The position numbers were made by a program, and so were the translations under genes. From Podarcis muralis (lineage: Eukaryota), in assembly GCF_964188315.1 (NCBI RefSeq), contig NC_135663.1, positions 30,256,001 through 30,320,000 of the forward strand: 64,000 nucleotides of DNA. The letters are read 5' to 3'. How positions within the stretch are numbered: the stretch's first letter is position 1; each line of letters begins with the position of its first letter. Shown one piece after another: positions 24,548 through 37,505 of the stretch. The notes beneath the pieces are model-generated. The model saw only the letters and a program-made list of their open reading frames with translations. It ran no database searches and was not told the DNA's origin.

Positions 24548-25100
24548 GGGGTTGACGTCAAACTGCTCCTTGTTGTCCTGGGCTGCCAAGACAACAAGGC
24601 CCTCTCTCTGCCTCGTTGATGTAGTTCAAAGGAAAATAGAACAATATATCTGGCACCAGCTTGGCTGAGAGAGTTGCCGGAAGGAGGCATACAAGGAACT
24701 CTCCAAGCATCTTATTGATTCCACTCCAGATTCTTAGCCTTTTCTTTGCCCGAAGATATCCCACAAGGCAGAAGAGGTTTAGGATCAAAGTTTTCCTTCA
24801 CCTTAATGAACTACCTTCCCAGGTTGACAAGCCCCATCTGCCTCTCGCTTTCCTCTACAGCAGGAGCAGAAATCAGCTTCTTGACCATTGGACCCACTAT
24901 TGGTCTTGTCCACTCAATCCATTGGAGCCTTTCTTCATATACAGGGGAAGTCCCTAACTCACTGAGGGTTTGAGACGATTTCCTGGGGTGTGGCTGCTGT
25001 CGCATGCTGACAGCTTCTAGGAGCCAAAGGTAAGAGCTGAGTGCAAGGATGGGACCAAAGGTGGACAAACTACCCAGAAGGAGCACCACATTTCCCCACT
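24548..25100 (-). mobile_element. Probable RTE-clade LINE 5' UTR fragment
   Basis: Recalled similarity to a common squamate repeat (gaagatatcc-caaggcag-gaggtttaggatca; gctaccttcccaggttgac-agccccatctg). No ORF. Family and strand are tentative. Confidence 0.45.
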
Positions 25101-27289
25101 CCCACCCCTCCCCTAACACCCCATACACTGGACTAGGCTATACATTATTGCACAGACCTACTATATTAAAAATCTCTGCATTTTAAAGCAACTTTAAGTT
25201 TGGACCAGGTCGCTGCTAGGTTCTTTGAGCTGGTAAAAATTAACTACCTTTCCACTCTATCTGATGAGGAGTTCAGCATAACTCCTAAGTATAAACAGAG
25301 AGAAAAAGCTGTTCCCATTTTGTATTTTTTCATTCTCGTTAGCTTTCTATTCAATGGATTATGTGGTTAGGACCGACAATTAGCACTTAAAATATTTCAC
25401 AGTGCCTTCTCCCACCTACACATAGCCAAAAGACGCGCTACACTGACACAAATAGGCTGAGCCAAGATATATTTGTAAACCTCAATGTTGCTTGTCAGCA
25501 ATAAAGACATATTTGTTGTCAGGCATCTCCAGATGGAGGAGAATGTGATGACGTGTCCCGTGCACAACATGCGAGTTGATTAGTCCCAACGCTGCATTGA
25601 TAAGTGACTGATAAAAGTAAAAAAAAATCCTCGCCACGATCTTCAAAGCTGTAAAGGAGGTGGGCTTAATGATATCTCAAGGACAGCCTTCTCTCTGATC
25701 ATGAAATACCATGGCAATTTCTATCTTTAGGAACAATGGAAATGTCAACAGGGTTGAGACTCAAAAGTGGAGATGAAGACTTTTTGGCAGCTGGTTCACA
25801 GCTGTGGATGATCCTGCCACAAGTGATTAGATCAGGGGTGGGAGTCAGCAAAAATCCATTGAAATGTTTTGGTAGGCCCTAAATGTCACCCCTGCTCCTT
25901 TCTTCACAAGTGCTCCAAAGTTTAAGAGCACAATCCCCAAATTTAAGTTCTTTTAAGTCCCACTCGTTCTAGTGGTAAAGATTAAAATATGGTAAGTACA
26001 TTTTCTGTACATTCGCTGTTGCAGAGACAAATTCGATTCTTACTTTTGAATTCATCATGGTGTCTTTTTGGTATACAATGCTCAACTAGTTGTCCATACC
26101 TGTATTAGAAATACTTTTTGCCTCACAAAACCCTAGGCTCTGTATATATGAAGAATCACAATTTTTATACATATATGAGCAGAATGGGTTGCATTGGCTG
26201 GAGACTCTTGGGAGTTTTCTGTTTCTCCTTGTCTCAGCCTGTACAACTGTGTTATATTTAGTATCCTGGAGAATAGGCTCTTCTGACATCACCTTGCTTG
26301 CTCCTGTTCTGCTTTTGGAACTTTATCATAATCCTCAGTCCCAAGATCTTGAAAACGGGGAATGTTTCTTGCTAAAGTAATGCCTAACCAAAAATCATGG
26401 GGTATCAACCTTTGACCAGTATATGGTGATATAATTCTATGAAGTCATTACTGATCAACAAGTTTGGGTTTGTGAATTTTAGGGGTAGGGTGGTCTGAAC
26501 TGAATTGGTTGCACCTACAGAATTCTGCTGGTGTTGGTGAGCACTGGATTAAAATAACCCTGAAGTGTCTTCTGTTTTCAAGACTATGATTAATTGTACA
26601 ACTTTATGATCAATTATACATTGAATATATGGTACTTATCTGGAACTTTTCTTTTGAAGTTCTCTGGACAAGGACAGCCCCAGGCAAGGAGCAGCTTCAG
26701 CATTTCTTGCATTTGTTCGACCTTCTGAATCTAGCATTTGTTATTGGGCTTGTCGCCCATTTCATGACTCTGGTGCATGATCTGCATGCATGATGTGTCC
26801 CTGTCAATTATGCTGTACATTTCCCCATATATATTTTTAAAAAGAAGACACTCAGGTGCACAAGGAAGTGCTAGCTACACAAGTCAGTGTGCTTGTACTA
26901 TACATTTCAGCTGTGAACCCCAGTAACCAGGTAATCACCTGAATCACCTGCCCCCCTAGATCTAGCCCAGGTTCTAATCCCTTTCTGAAGCTGCTAAATA
27001 TCAGTCTTGAGTCAATAACCTGGGATGCTGACAATCTTAACATTAGTAGAGCTTGCCTACCTCCCCAATCTGGCAGCGGAATAGTCATTTATCTTGACAG
27101 GCCTCATTTGCCTCTATGCTACTTCCTACAGTTCAAGGTGGAATCAAGACAATTGGCTGCCTGAGGCGAAAGACAATATGTCCCCAATTCCTCATACCCA
27201 AGCTGATCAGATGGGCAGCTGAAATCTTACTTCAACACTGGTGATGATCTTAGGACAGCAAGGTGGTGGATGGAGTCAGAACATAATTC

Positions 27290-27400
27290 CAGTGCCCAAA
27301 AGCTTGCATTGGTTGCCCATATGCTACCAGGCCAGGTTCAAGATTCTTATATCAATTGACAAGCCCTTAACATCTTGGGTCCATGAAAGGTCAGGGACCG
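27290..27400 (+). mobile_element. Decayed L2 LINE fragment
   Basis: Translates as LHWLPICYQARFKIL, the L2 ORF2 C-terminal motif. Confidence 0.6.
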
Positions 27401-27995
27401 CCTCTCTTCAAACAGCTTGTCTACATCCTCAGGCCACAATAATCAAAACTGATCCAGTACTGATAGACCATTGGACTTGGTCTAACTTTGGCATCCGACT
27501 CTATGAATCTGAACTATTTTGTCTACAACATGCCTTGCAAATTTGTTACAGCAGGTTGCTAAGGGTGTGAGAGATGTTCTTCTCCCATCCTTTTTCTTTA
27601 TGTTGTTCAGCTTCAAGAGTCAGGCCAGCTCACAGTTCTGGAAATGAGAGAGCACTTTATCGTAACACAAGGCAGGGGGACAGGGAAAATATGGTGCTGC
27701 TCCATTCATATCAGGTCATTTGAGAGGCTTGGAAAAAATAGCAGATGACAGGGGATTAGTCTGGGTGTCATTGTGCATAGGACTCTGCTTCACAAAGAAG
27801 GGCTGGATCAGTGGATGTGTTTAGCCCTTAACTTCTAAAATGAGCTGTCACAGCTTCTTTGACTTGCTACAAGCACAGCATCCCTGCTGTGTACAATTAC
27901 AGTTAATAAAACATACATTCAGGCTAATACCTCACACCACACCCTTAACTTGGGCTCTGAAACTGGGTTTAAATCATGGGCGTAGCCAGGGGGAT

Positions 27996-28342
27996 AAGGT
28001 AAAGGTAAAGGGACCCCTGACCATTAGGTCCAGTCATGACCGACTCTGGGGTTGCACGCTCATCTCACTTTATTGGCCGAGGGAGCTGGTGTACAGCTTC
28101 CGGGTCATGTGGCTGCATGACTAAGCCGCTTCTGGCGAACCAGAGCAGCGCATGGAAATGCCATTTACCTTCCCGCCGGAGTGGTACCTATTTATCTACT
28201 TGCACTTTGACGTGCTTTCGAACTGCTAGGTTGGCAGGAGCTGGGACCAAGCAACGGGAGCTCACCCCGTCGCGGGGATTCGAACCGCAGTTCTTCTGAT
28301 CGGCAAGTCCTAGGCTCTGTGGTTTAACCCACAGCGCCACCC
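27996..28342 (-). mobile_element. Sauria SINE
   Basis: Tail aaggtaaaggtaaagggacccc through head cccacagcgccacc. Confidence 0.94.
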
Positions 28343-29429
28343 AGGTAGAGCAGCACAAATGAAAGCTTTCACATGATCTGGAGCCCTGGTCAGGCATGCC
28401 GTCTGTGTGGATGCCAGGGTATAGCACTAATCAAAATGTATGATGTCAGGACAGAGCGAACTGACACAGCCCTACCAACATGTTGCTGGAACATGTGAGC
28501 AGCTTCCTTGACTAGGTGTTAGAAAAGTCTGAAATTGGGAACCTCCCCACCCCCCAGTAGACATGCATGGGATAGCATTCTTAACTAATTATAGTACAGC
28601 TAGATTTATTGGGGGGGGGGGGGTTCCTTCTCCTTTTGGTCCAGCTCTGTTGTGGCTAAACTGTGTTAAACAGGACATTGAATCTGCTTAAAGGCATTTG
28701 TTTCATAAGAGATGTCATGCTTGTTTCAGGCAAAGAATAACTAAAAGAGACACTGAGTCTTTCCAATTTCAAAATGGGGAGATATCTGTCTCCCTTAACA
28801 TGATTTTTGCCATGTTGAATTACAAAGTAGTCAATGTGTAAGAAGTATCTCTGTCACTAGGAAACAATCCTGGTCTGGGGCAAATCAAGGGGGAAGAAAA
28901 ATGCACAGACATAATGATGTGAGAGTTTCAGTTCCAGTGTGTTTTTCTTCCTGAAAATCGTTCATGGAGCAGATTTGGATCAGAGGACTAACCCAGGATC
29001 TCCCAAACTGTAGCCTGCAGGCCTTCAGTAGTGCACATGCTTCTTTCAGGTTGATTTTTAATTGCATTTTAATTCATATTTATTTTTAATTATATTTTTA
29101 TTGCTGCTTTTATTCCTTATACCATGCTTTATTGAATTCGATGGATGCAATAAATTCTGTGCAATGCAATAAAAACCCATGTAATACAACAAAAGATAAT
29201 ATAAGAAAATGAAGAAGCAATAAAAAACCCATTATGAAGCACACAGAATCTAGTACAGCACATTACAAATGCTACAACTGGGAGAAAAACCATCAAGTTG
29301 TCCACCAAGACTTTCAGCTATTTTCAAGCGATCCAGGGTGGGGGGGTTGGTATTTGTGAAGCAGTGGTCTAAGCTGTTCATTCCCTGAACCTTCTAATAT
29401 AAGAAACCTTGCAGGTTTACACGCTAAGC

Positions 29430-29559
29430 CAGGCATAAGCAAACTCGGCCTTCCAGATGTTTTGGGACTACAACTCCCATGATCCCTAGCTAACAGGACC
29501 AGTGGTCAGGGATGATGGGAGTCCCAAAACATCTGGAGGGCCAAGTTTCCCTATGCCTG
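29430..29559. mobile_element. hAT MITE (caggcata...tatgcctg)
   Basis: TIRs, internal palindrome, 8-bp TSD CGCTAAGC / CGCTAAGA. Confidence 0.9.
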
Positions 29560-29611
29560 CGCTAAGACCATGTGTCTCTCTCTCCATTATGGTTTATTAT
29601 TATACATCTTT

Positions 29612-30267
29612 TATATGCCTGTTGTCTTTGTCCATGGAGTTTTCTTGGCAGGGATACTGGAGTGGCTTGCCAGTTCCTGCTCCAGATGGATCACATTTGG
29701 TCAAAACTCTCCACTATGACCTGTCCAACTTGGGTGGCCCTGCACGGCATAGCTCATAGCTTCTCTGAGTTATTCAAGCCCCTTCGCCCCGGCAAGGCAG
29801 TGATCCGTATAGTTAAAGCCATGGTTTTCCCAGTAGTGATATATGGAAGTGAGAGCTGGACCATAAAGAAGGCTGACTGCCAAATAATTGATGCTTTTGA
29901 ATTATGGTGCTGCAGGAGATTCTTGAGAGTCCCATGGACTGCAAGAAGATCAAACCTATCCATTCTGAAGGAAATCAGCCCTGAGTGCTCACTGGAAGGA
30001 CAGATCCTGAAGCTGAAGCTCCAATACTTTGGCAACCTCATGAGAAGAGAAGATTTCCTGGAAAAGACCCTGATGTTGGGAAAGATGGAGGGCACAAGGA
30101 GAAGGGGACGACAGAGGACGAGATGGTTGGACAGTGTTCTCGAAGCTACCAGCATGAGTTTGACCAAACTGCGGGAGGCAGTGGAAGACAGGAGTGCCTG
30201 GTGTGCTCTGGTCCATAGGGTCACGAAGAGTCGGACATGACTAAACGACTAAACAACAACAACAACA
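29612..30267 (+). mobile_element. Internally deleted (bipartite) Bov-B / RTE element
   Basis: Bov-B 5'-region motif ccatggagttttcttggca-gatactggagtgg joined at ~29806 to the ORF 3' end (IVKAMVFPVVIYGSESWT...RWLDSV); (CAA)n tail; 13-bp TSD with 1 mismatch. Confidence 0.88.
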
Positions 30268-31658
30268 ATTATATATCTTTAGCATCTTAGGGCAAGGCTA
30301 GCCAACATGCCAACTTCCAGATGTTGTGGACCAGAAGTCCATCATCCCTGACCATTCGCCATGGTGCCTGGGGCTCCAAAATCTCTGGAGGGCACCACTT
30401 TGGCTACCACCAATCTAGATGGCGCTACCGGCCACAAATCTCCACAATCAGCAGAAATTCCTGCATCTTACACTCTGTTCCTAGATTACCAGTCATACAC
30501 TTTTGAAATACCTGTTCCTTACCACTTAAGATCATACACACAGCTAATTTTAAAATGAAATTATATTTAATTGTACAATTACACATAATGACAGGCACCT
30601 TATGGATGCTGTGAAGATGTCTTCAGCAGACTCTCTGGGGCTAAGAGACCTGAAACCACAGCATTCACATCTGGTGTTGAAAGCAATATCCTTATAAGAG
30701 CAGAGAATGACATGTAAATAAGAGAGTGAAAAGCATATAGAAATGAGCAGATACTAATGAGAAAATGAATGCATTATTCTTCAGCCTTGACTGGCAATCT
30801 GAATCCAAGATTGAATAGATATAATTAAATTTGCAAAAGCTGGTATCTCTATGAAAAAGGGACTAGAACTTAGAAGCCTATTCTGAATGTAGATTTTAGA
30901 GAAAAGGATTGTAAATATTTTTAAAAACTAGAGAAGAATAAAATTTGCATCTGTCAGGGTTACAGGCTCAGAATGCTCTAATTGTTAGAGCACTGTGAAA
31001 TCCAATCCAAATTCTCTGCCTATTTTTTTAAAACCCTAAGCTGAATACAAATATGGAAAGGCTGATACAAATTTGAATTATATTGTGTGTTCTACTTAAA
31101 TGAATTTGATTTCCTGTAACTCTGAAAAGAGAATAGACATGTAAAAAATATGATTATCTTAGAAATGAAAGGTATTTTTTACCTGTCTATTAATCATGGG
31201 GGGATGGGGATAGTCAGCTAAATTTTACACAGAATAGACTCATTGAAATTAATAGACCCAATTTAAGGCTTACCCACACTTCTGCTTGCCCGAGCCTAGG
31301 AAACATGGGGATGAGTGGTGTTCAATTGTCCCATACTTTCTAGTCATGGGTCTGCTTGGTTTTTCATTTCCCCACCACTTTCTCTAGGAAAAAAACCACT
31401 CCTTACCACTGAACTGGGGCAAACATCAATCTGCAGAAAACCCGATTGATGTTTGTTCTGAATTAGTGGTAATGAACAGGTTTCCCTGATGGAAAGAAGC
31501 AGGACAAGTGGAAGTGTGGAGGAGTTTCTTAATTTCCATGGGCCTTCTCTGAGGAAAAACTTAGCTGAATACCCATGCTATTTTAGTGAACCAATTAAGG
31601 CTGCAATCCTAACCTAACTTACTTGGAAGTAAGCCCTGCTGAATTCAGTATTTATTTG

Positions 31659-31916
31659 CCGTATTTTTTGCTCTATAAGACTCACTTTTTCCCTCCTAAA
31701 AAGTAAAGGGAGATGTGTGTGCGTCTTATGGTGCCAATTCAGGCTGCGCAGCTATGCCAGAAGCCAGAACAGAGAGAGGGATCGCTGCTTTTGCTGCGCA
31801 GCGATCCCTCTTGCTGTTCTGGCTTCTGAGATTCAGAATTTTTTTTTTCTTGTTTTCCTCCTCCAAAAACTAGGTGCGTCTTATGGTCTGTGCGTCTTAT
31901 AGAACGAAAAATACGG
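31659..31916. mobile_element. Tc1/mariner (Tc2/pogo-like) MITE
   Basis: Same family as 19337-19595; TIRs ccgtatttttt / aaaaatacgg. Confidence 0.88.
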
Positions 31917-34338
31917 TACTTGTTAGATTTATATACTGCCCTTCATCATAAGATCTCAGGCTGCTTCACAGAATAGTTCAGTAGGACTTCTTTGTGAATA
32001 AACATGGTTAGAATGTGCTGTCATTCACTGATTCGTTTTGCATATACTTGCCTATGAGAGGAGGGATACAGATTTCAAGTGGGTGAGAACAATATAAGCT
32101 TTCAGGGGGGGGGGGGAGAGGGGAGAGAATTCCTCACATTAAAACAAATAAGAGCAATCTTCCTAGGTCAGACCAAAGAAGAAATCTATTCTAACCAGTG
32201 GCTCACTTTTTTGTCTCTGCCCCCTTAAGTGGTAGGATACTGCTTTAAATGTATATGTAGCCAATGTGGTTGTGGTTTTTCTGGGACTCCTACTCCAATC
32301 TACCCCAGCCAGCATAGCCAATGGTCAGCCATTATGAACGTTGTAGTCCAATAACATCTGGAGGGCATCATGTTGACTATGTCTGGAATATATCATCTTC
32401 TTCCTTTCCCTATGGTGCCTATTCTCAACAATGGCCAGTCAACTGCAACATCCCCTTCCCCCTAAAATGTCATCCTGCTTAGTGATCATCATTTGGGTTC
32501 ATGATAAGGAGAGCTAGCTTTGTCCCTTTAGAACTGTATCCAAGACTACTTAGCAGCATTCCCCTGAATGTTCTCACTAGGGTAGAGAGAGAGAGTGCAT
32601 CACAAACCTCTAATTAATCCAGGTTGGTCTTGCGGTTAAGGGTTCCTAAAGAGAGCTTAGCTCCAGTTAATTAGGATCAATTTTTAATCTAGCATTTTAG
32701 ATTAATTAATTAAGGGAGACTTTTGAAATAATTAATCAAGTCAGTCAGTCAAAGTTGTAGCCCTATTATCATTTCTAAACTGCTAATCTAACAAAATCTC
32801 AAAGTTGTTCAGAACATTAAAACATACATTGATTTTACCATATGCAGACATACTCAAAAGCAGCCTGCAGATGTAGTATAATAGACAAGGTCACCATTTT
32901 GATGGGTATTGTTATTCAATATTTATAATGTGGCTTTTTATCTGTTTTCATCCACACCCAATCTACATCTAAGGAAGGCTTTATGGGTGAAGTGACCTTG
33001 TATTGCTTCTTATTGAAGTGTAATATTCACAGGAGGAGGAATAATGGGTGGGAAATTCGCATTGCTATTTCTCTATCTTATATGGTTGGCATAATAGCAC
33101 TTTTTAATATTAGCCATATCTAAATCTTATTTGAGGAGCAGCCCTTGATGTTGGTGACACTCCCTGATCTATGCATGCAACATATAGGCCAAAAACTAGA
33201 GCACAAAAATCAGTGGTGGTGGGGATCTGTAGCAACTGGCAGAATTTTTATAGCAGAGATAGGTAGTAATTGAGACCCCCAACTATTGTATGCTTCCTTT
33301 GGCTAGTTAAAAGCCTAGTGTCTTCTACTGAAGCCATTCGTTTCTTTGGGGTAATGGGGTTTCTAGCTGTGGGAATACCTGCTCAGGGTTCTTTTGATTA
33401 CTTGAGGAGGCTACAGACTAGCCATCTGAGTAGAGCGGCAGAGATGTCACCTGAGAGCTAAATGGAAGCTCTGGTGTCCATAACCCCACATGGGAATGGT
33501 CCAGGGAGTGGCTTCTCAATTTGTATTGTATTATTTTATGTACTGTGGCTTGCTGTTGTTTTATTGATTATAGTTTAGAAATTATTTATTGTAACTGTTG
33601 AGTAGATTTCTAATTAACTTTTATATGTTATTATTATTATTTAATACTATTCTAATGATTGTTGAATCACCTTTGTTGAGTTACCTTTTTGATGTAGATT
33701 GCCTATTTTAAAGTTATGTTTTATTTTCACATTTTTGTATTGCATTAGATTGTTATAAGATGTACATTTTTTGTTTCTTCAGCTTGTAAACCGCCTTGTG
33801 TATTGTAAGATAGAAAGACGGTATAGAAATTAAAAATGATGATGATGATTAATCTCCTATTTAGAACAGTGATTGCCAGAGGATTCTGAGGAGTCCTGGT
33901 CATAACAAAAGTGTCCTAATCTTTAAGACACCAAGAACATTCTATGTATCCCAAGTCCCTGTGGACCAGAAAGCAGCTGAAAGTATTAGCAAGCAACATT
34001 TTCCCAGGATACCTGCTGAACAGGCATTTCCAGCCCAATATTGCAGAGCCCAATGCCTCTGCAACATTCTGATCTTAGTTTCTAGGGGTAGTTGTTTGGC
34101 ATAGCAAATTAGAATTAGACAGGCAGGTAGTAATAGCTAACCATAAATAAACATTTAAATGTGGTCCCATGGGTGTGAATGATGCCTCTCCAAAAGATCA
34201 AAGAAATACTCCATGCCCTGATGTGTCATGAAATAAATTATATACAGGTACAGATTTATTTTTTTATTTTTAAAAAATGAATAAGTATCTCCACTATTAC
34301 ATTCCTTTCCTTGACGTGAGTACTGCTGCCTGAATGCA

Positions 34339-34339
34339 A

Positions 34340-34390
<51 letters not shown>
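34339..34390. repeat. (AAT)n microsatellite at the L2 tail
   Basis: Direct reading. Confidence 0.97.
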
Positions 34391-34766
34391 TTATTATTTA
34401 TACCCCGCCCATCTGGCTGAGTTTCCCCAGCCACTCTGGGCGGCTCCCAATCAAGTGTTAAAAACAGCACAGCGTTACATGTTAAAAACTTCCCTGAACA
34501 GGGCTGCCTTAAGATGTCTTCTGAATGTCAGGTAGTTGTTTATTTCTTTGACATCTGATGGGAGGGTGTTCCACAGGGCGGGCGCCACTACCGAGAAGGC
34601 CCTCTGTCTGGTTCCCTGTAGCCTCACTTCTTGCAATGAGGGAACCGCCAGAAGGCCCTCGGCGCTGGATCTCAATGTCCGGGCTGAACGATGGGGGTGG
34701 AGACGCTCCTTCAGGTATACAGGACAGAGGTTGTTTAGGGCTTTAAAGGTCAGCACCAACACTTTG
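34391..34766 (-). mobile_element. L2 LINE 3' fragment
   Basis: KVLVLTFKALNNLCPVYLKERL...RAFSVVAPALWNTLP...FRRHLKAALF followed by the gggcggggtataaata tail. Confidence 0.93.
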
Positions 34767-35819
34767 TAATGTATTCTTAGCACTCTCAAATGACATTTAA
34801 TATTTTATTCCATTTTAAAGTGACAATCAATTTTGTTGTTTTTCTGCTTTATTCAAGCTCATGGAAAGTGTAATCCTAAAGGAATACATTTTGAGACACA
34901 GAAAGCCTGTAACATGTACACATAGCGGGTTCCACACAAGCCCAGGCCAACGGTGGCAGGCCTCTGAGTGAGAAATGCACAGCACTCTCAAAAGAATGAT
35001 CAGGAGGGCACCCAAACACAGCAGGTCTGTCTTAACTACAAAACAGGTGAAACAATACACATCACCATCTAAAAAGGAGGTGATGAATTAAGGTCAAAGT
35101 CTAAAATTGCCTAACAGCACTACTGGCCCTGACTCTGAACGTTCATCGTTTCCAAAAATGTCCTCAGTACAGAACAGAATTTCTCACTATCAAAGGGCAT
35201 TGTCTTTGTGCAGGCTAGGTTTGTAAGTACATGCGCATCCAGCCATTTGTTTCCAAGCACCCTTTACTGTTTCATCAAGCATTCGATACACAAATGCCCA
35301 TTTGTGAACACACACAGGGCTGGACCTTTGAGCCCTGAATACAAACATGTAGACAAATGTTTAAGCCTGTTCAAGAGTGAATTTGTACTCATTTGGCGGA
35401 AAGGCTGCAGAAATGCAAGTCTGAAAAGTTATCTGAAGGTTAGTAGGGAGTGAAACCACTATTTTTCATAATTAAGCACCCAATGCCCTCTTAAAAACAC
35501 CAACATTGATGTATATATACCCTTTAGACCGGATGACATTACAGTAGTGCTTTTAATGTCTGAGAAAGCAGCACTGAGCAAAGTCAATGTGGCCTTATCT
35601 ATTCTTCAGTGACTCCTTTGTACTTTCTTTTCGCTGCCTCATTGCTTTTGTAAAACGTTTCCCTCTTTTTGCAGCTGTCTCATGCAGTATCTCTAAGACC
35701 ACATTCCTAACTTGTTTGCTTAAAAGTGAGTTCTGTAAAAATGAGTGGGACATGTCCCTCTTCCACAAAAAAGGAGTTTGAAAACACCTCCTAAAATAAG
35801 TGGTGTTATGATGCCCTAA

Positions 35820-36224
35820 TGCTTTTGATGCTTTTGATAATGCCCTTGATGCTTTTGAATTATGGTGCTGGAGGAGACTCTTGAGAGTCCCATGGACTGC
35901 AAGAAGATCAAACCAATCCATTCTGAAGGAAATCAGCCCTGATTGCTCACTGGACGGACAGATCCTGAAGCTGAGGCTCCAATACTTTGACCACCTCATG
36001 AGAAGAGAAGACTCCCTAGAAAAGACCCTGATGTTGGGAAAGATGGAGGGCACAAGGAGAAGGGGACGACAGAGGACGAGATGGTTGGACAGTGTTCTCG
36101 AAGCTACCAACATGAGTCTGACCAAACTGCAGGAGGCAGTGGAAGACAGGAGTGCCTGGCGTGCTCTGGTCCATGGGGTCACGAAGAGTCGGACACGACT
36201 AAACGACTAAACAACAACAACAAC
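35820..36224 (+). mobile_element. 5'-truncated Bov-B LINE
   Basis: RVPWTARRSNQSILKEISP...RWLDSV; (CAA)n tail; 12-bp TSD ATGATGCCCTAA (35808-35819, 36225-36236). Confidence 0.95.
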
Positions 36225-37315
36225 ATGATGCCCTAACATACGACCATTCATTTTGCAACTGATGCATTCAGTATGTAGGCTGAAATCCACATTTTAAATC
36301 ATGCTCAGAGATTTATATGGTAGATCCAGTGAAACTGTTAACTTTCCTCCTCTTGCGTAGAGGACTCCTCCACCATATCATGAGCCTTCTCAGAATCAAA
36401 AGCAATTTGTCATGCAACAGGATGGAACTGCTGTTCAAGAAATTCAAATTAACGCCACATTGGCAGTGTGTAGCAAATCTCATTATATATTTGATTTATT
36501 CACACTTACGTATTTATTTTCGACGTACATTCCACATTCTCAAAGTGGCAAAAGGCACAATAAAACATAGAAAGTGACATGTTTTGCCCTTGCTTTGAGT
36601 TACTTAGATGCTAAACTACCCCATGTTTTTTCTTTAGCTCTTTGGACACTGGTGCTTTTATCAAGACTTTTCCCACCAGTTGAAAGTCTTCTCAAGTGGA
36701 CCAAACTAATGCCAGAAGATGCTTTTGCCATTGGGATCAACCCCAAAGGCTGCTCCATCTAGAAATCAAGACGCACCATTTCTGCTGCAGCATAAGCAAC
36801 GACTAAAGGCAGAGAAGCAAATTAGTGCAGATGGAACTGCAGAGATAACCTTCAAAGTTTTTGTTCCAAGTCAAAACTCCACAAGCAATTAAATTACCCT
36901 ACATTATCTCACTCTAAATAGCTTCTGGCAAAGGAGCAGTATTCCCAGTGTATGTGGAACATCTGTAGCCAATGACCTCAAAACGATAGTTTACTGATAC
37001 TCCACTGGAACACAGATAATGTGTGTCCGTTCCACTGCGAGGCGATAAGCCAATTCTTACATGAGGCTTAGCAGTCAGACTAGTTTCAATGGCCTTTTTG
37101 GCCAACAAACCTGCTCCTAACATTACAGTTATTTGTACAGCTGGTTACTGCAGCACTGACAACCGACTCAGGAGCCTGCTTGCATTCATTTCCCTCATCC
37201 TTACAACAGGAAGCATAACACTTTTGTTTTCCAGTGACAGCTTTAAAAGACAGCCTTTTCATTTAAGTGCCATTTCACTTATGGATTCTAAGCCATATTG
37301 CCTAAAAGGGTAGTA

Positions 37316-37505
37316 CAGTGGTACCTCAGGTTACATATGCTTCAGGTTAAGAACTTTGCTTCAGGATGAGAACAGAAATCATGCAGCGGCGGTGCAGCGG
37401 CAGCAGGAGGCCCCATTAGCTAAAGTGGTGCTTCAGGTTAAGAACAATTTCAGGTTAAGAATAGACCTCCAGAACGAATTAAGTACTTAACCCGAGGTAC
37501 AACTG
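37316..37505. mobile_element. Tigger/pogo-like MITE (deleted variant)
   Basis: Same TIRs and TA flanks as 14252-14480. Confidence 0.88.

Noticed and set aside
29572-30240. 222-aa ORF as a host gene
   Set aside because: It is the Bov-B ORF C-terminus read in from flanking and 5' element sequence; annotated as a TE.
30408-30428. TAGATGGCGCTA partial CTCF motif
   Set aside because: The 5' core (CCAC) is replaced by AATC, and the site borders a decayed MITE.
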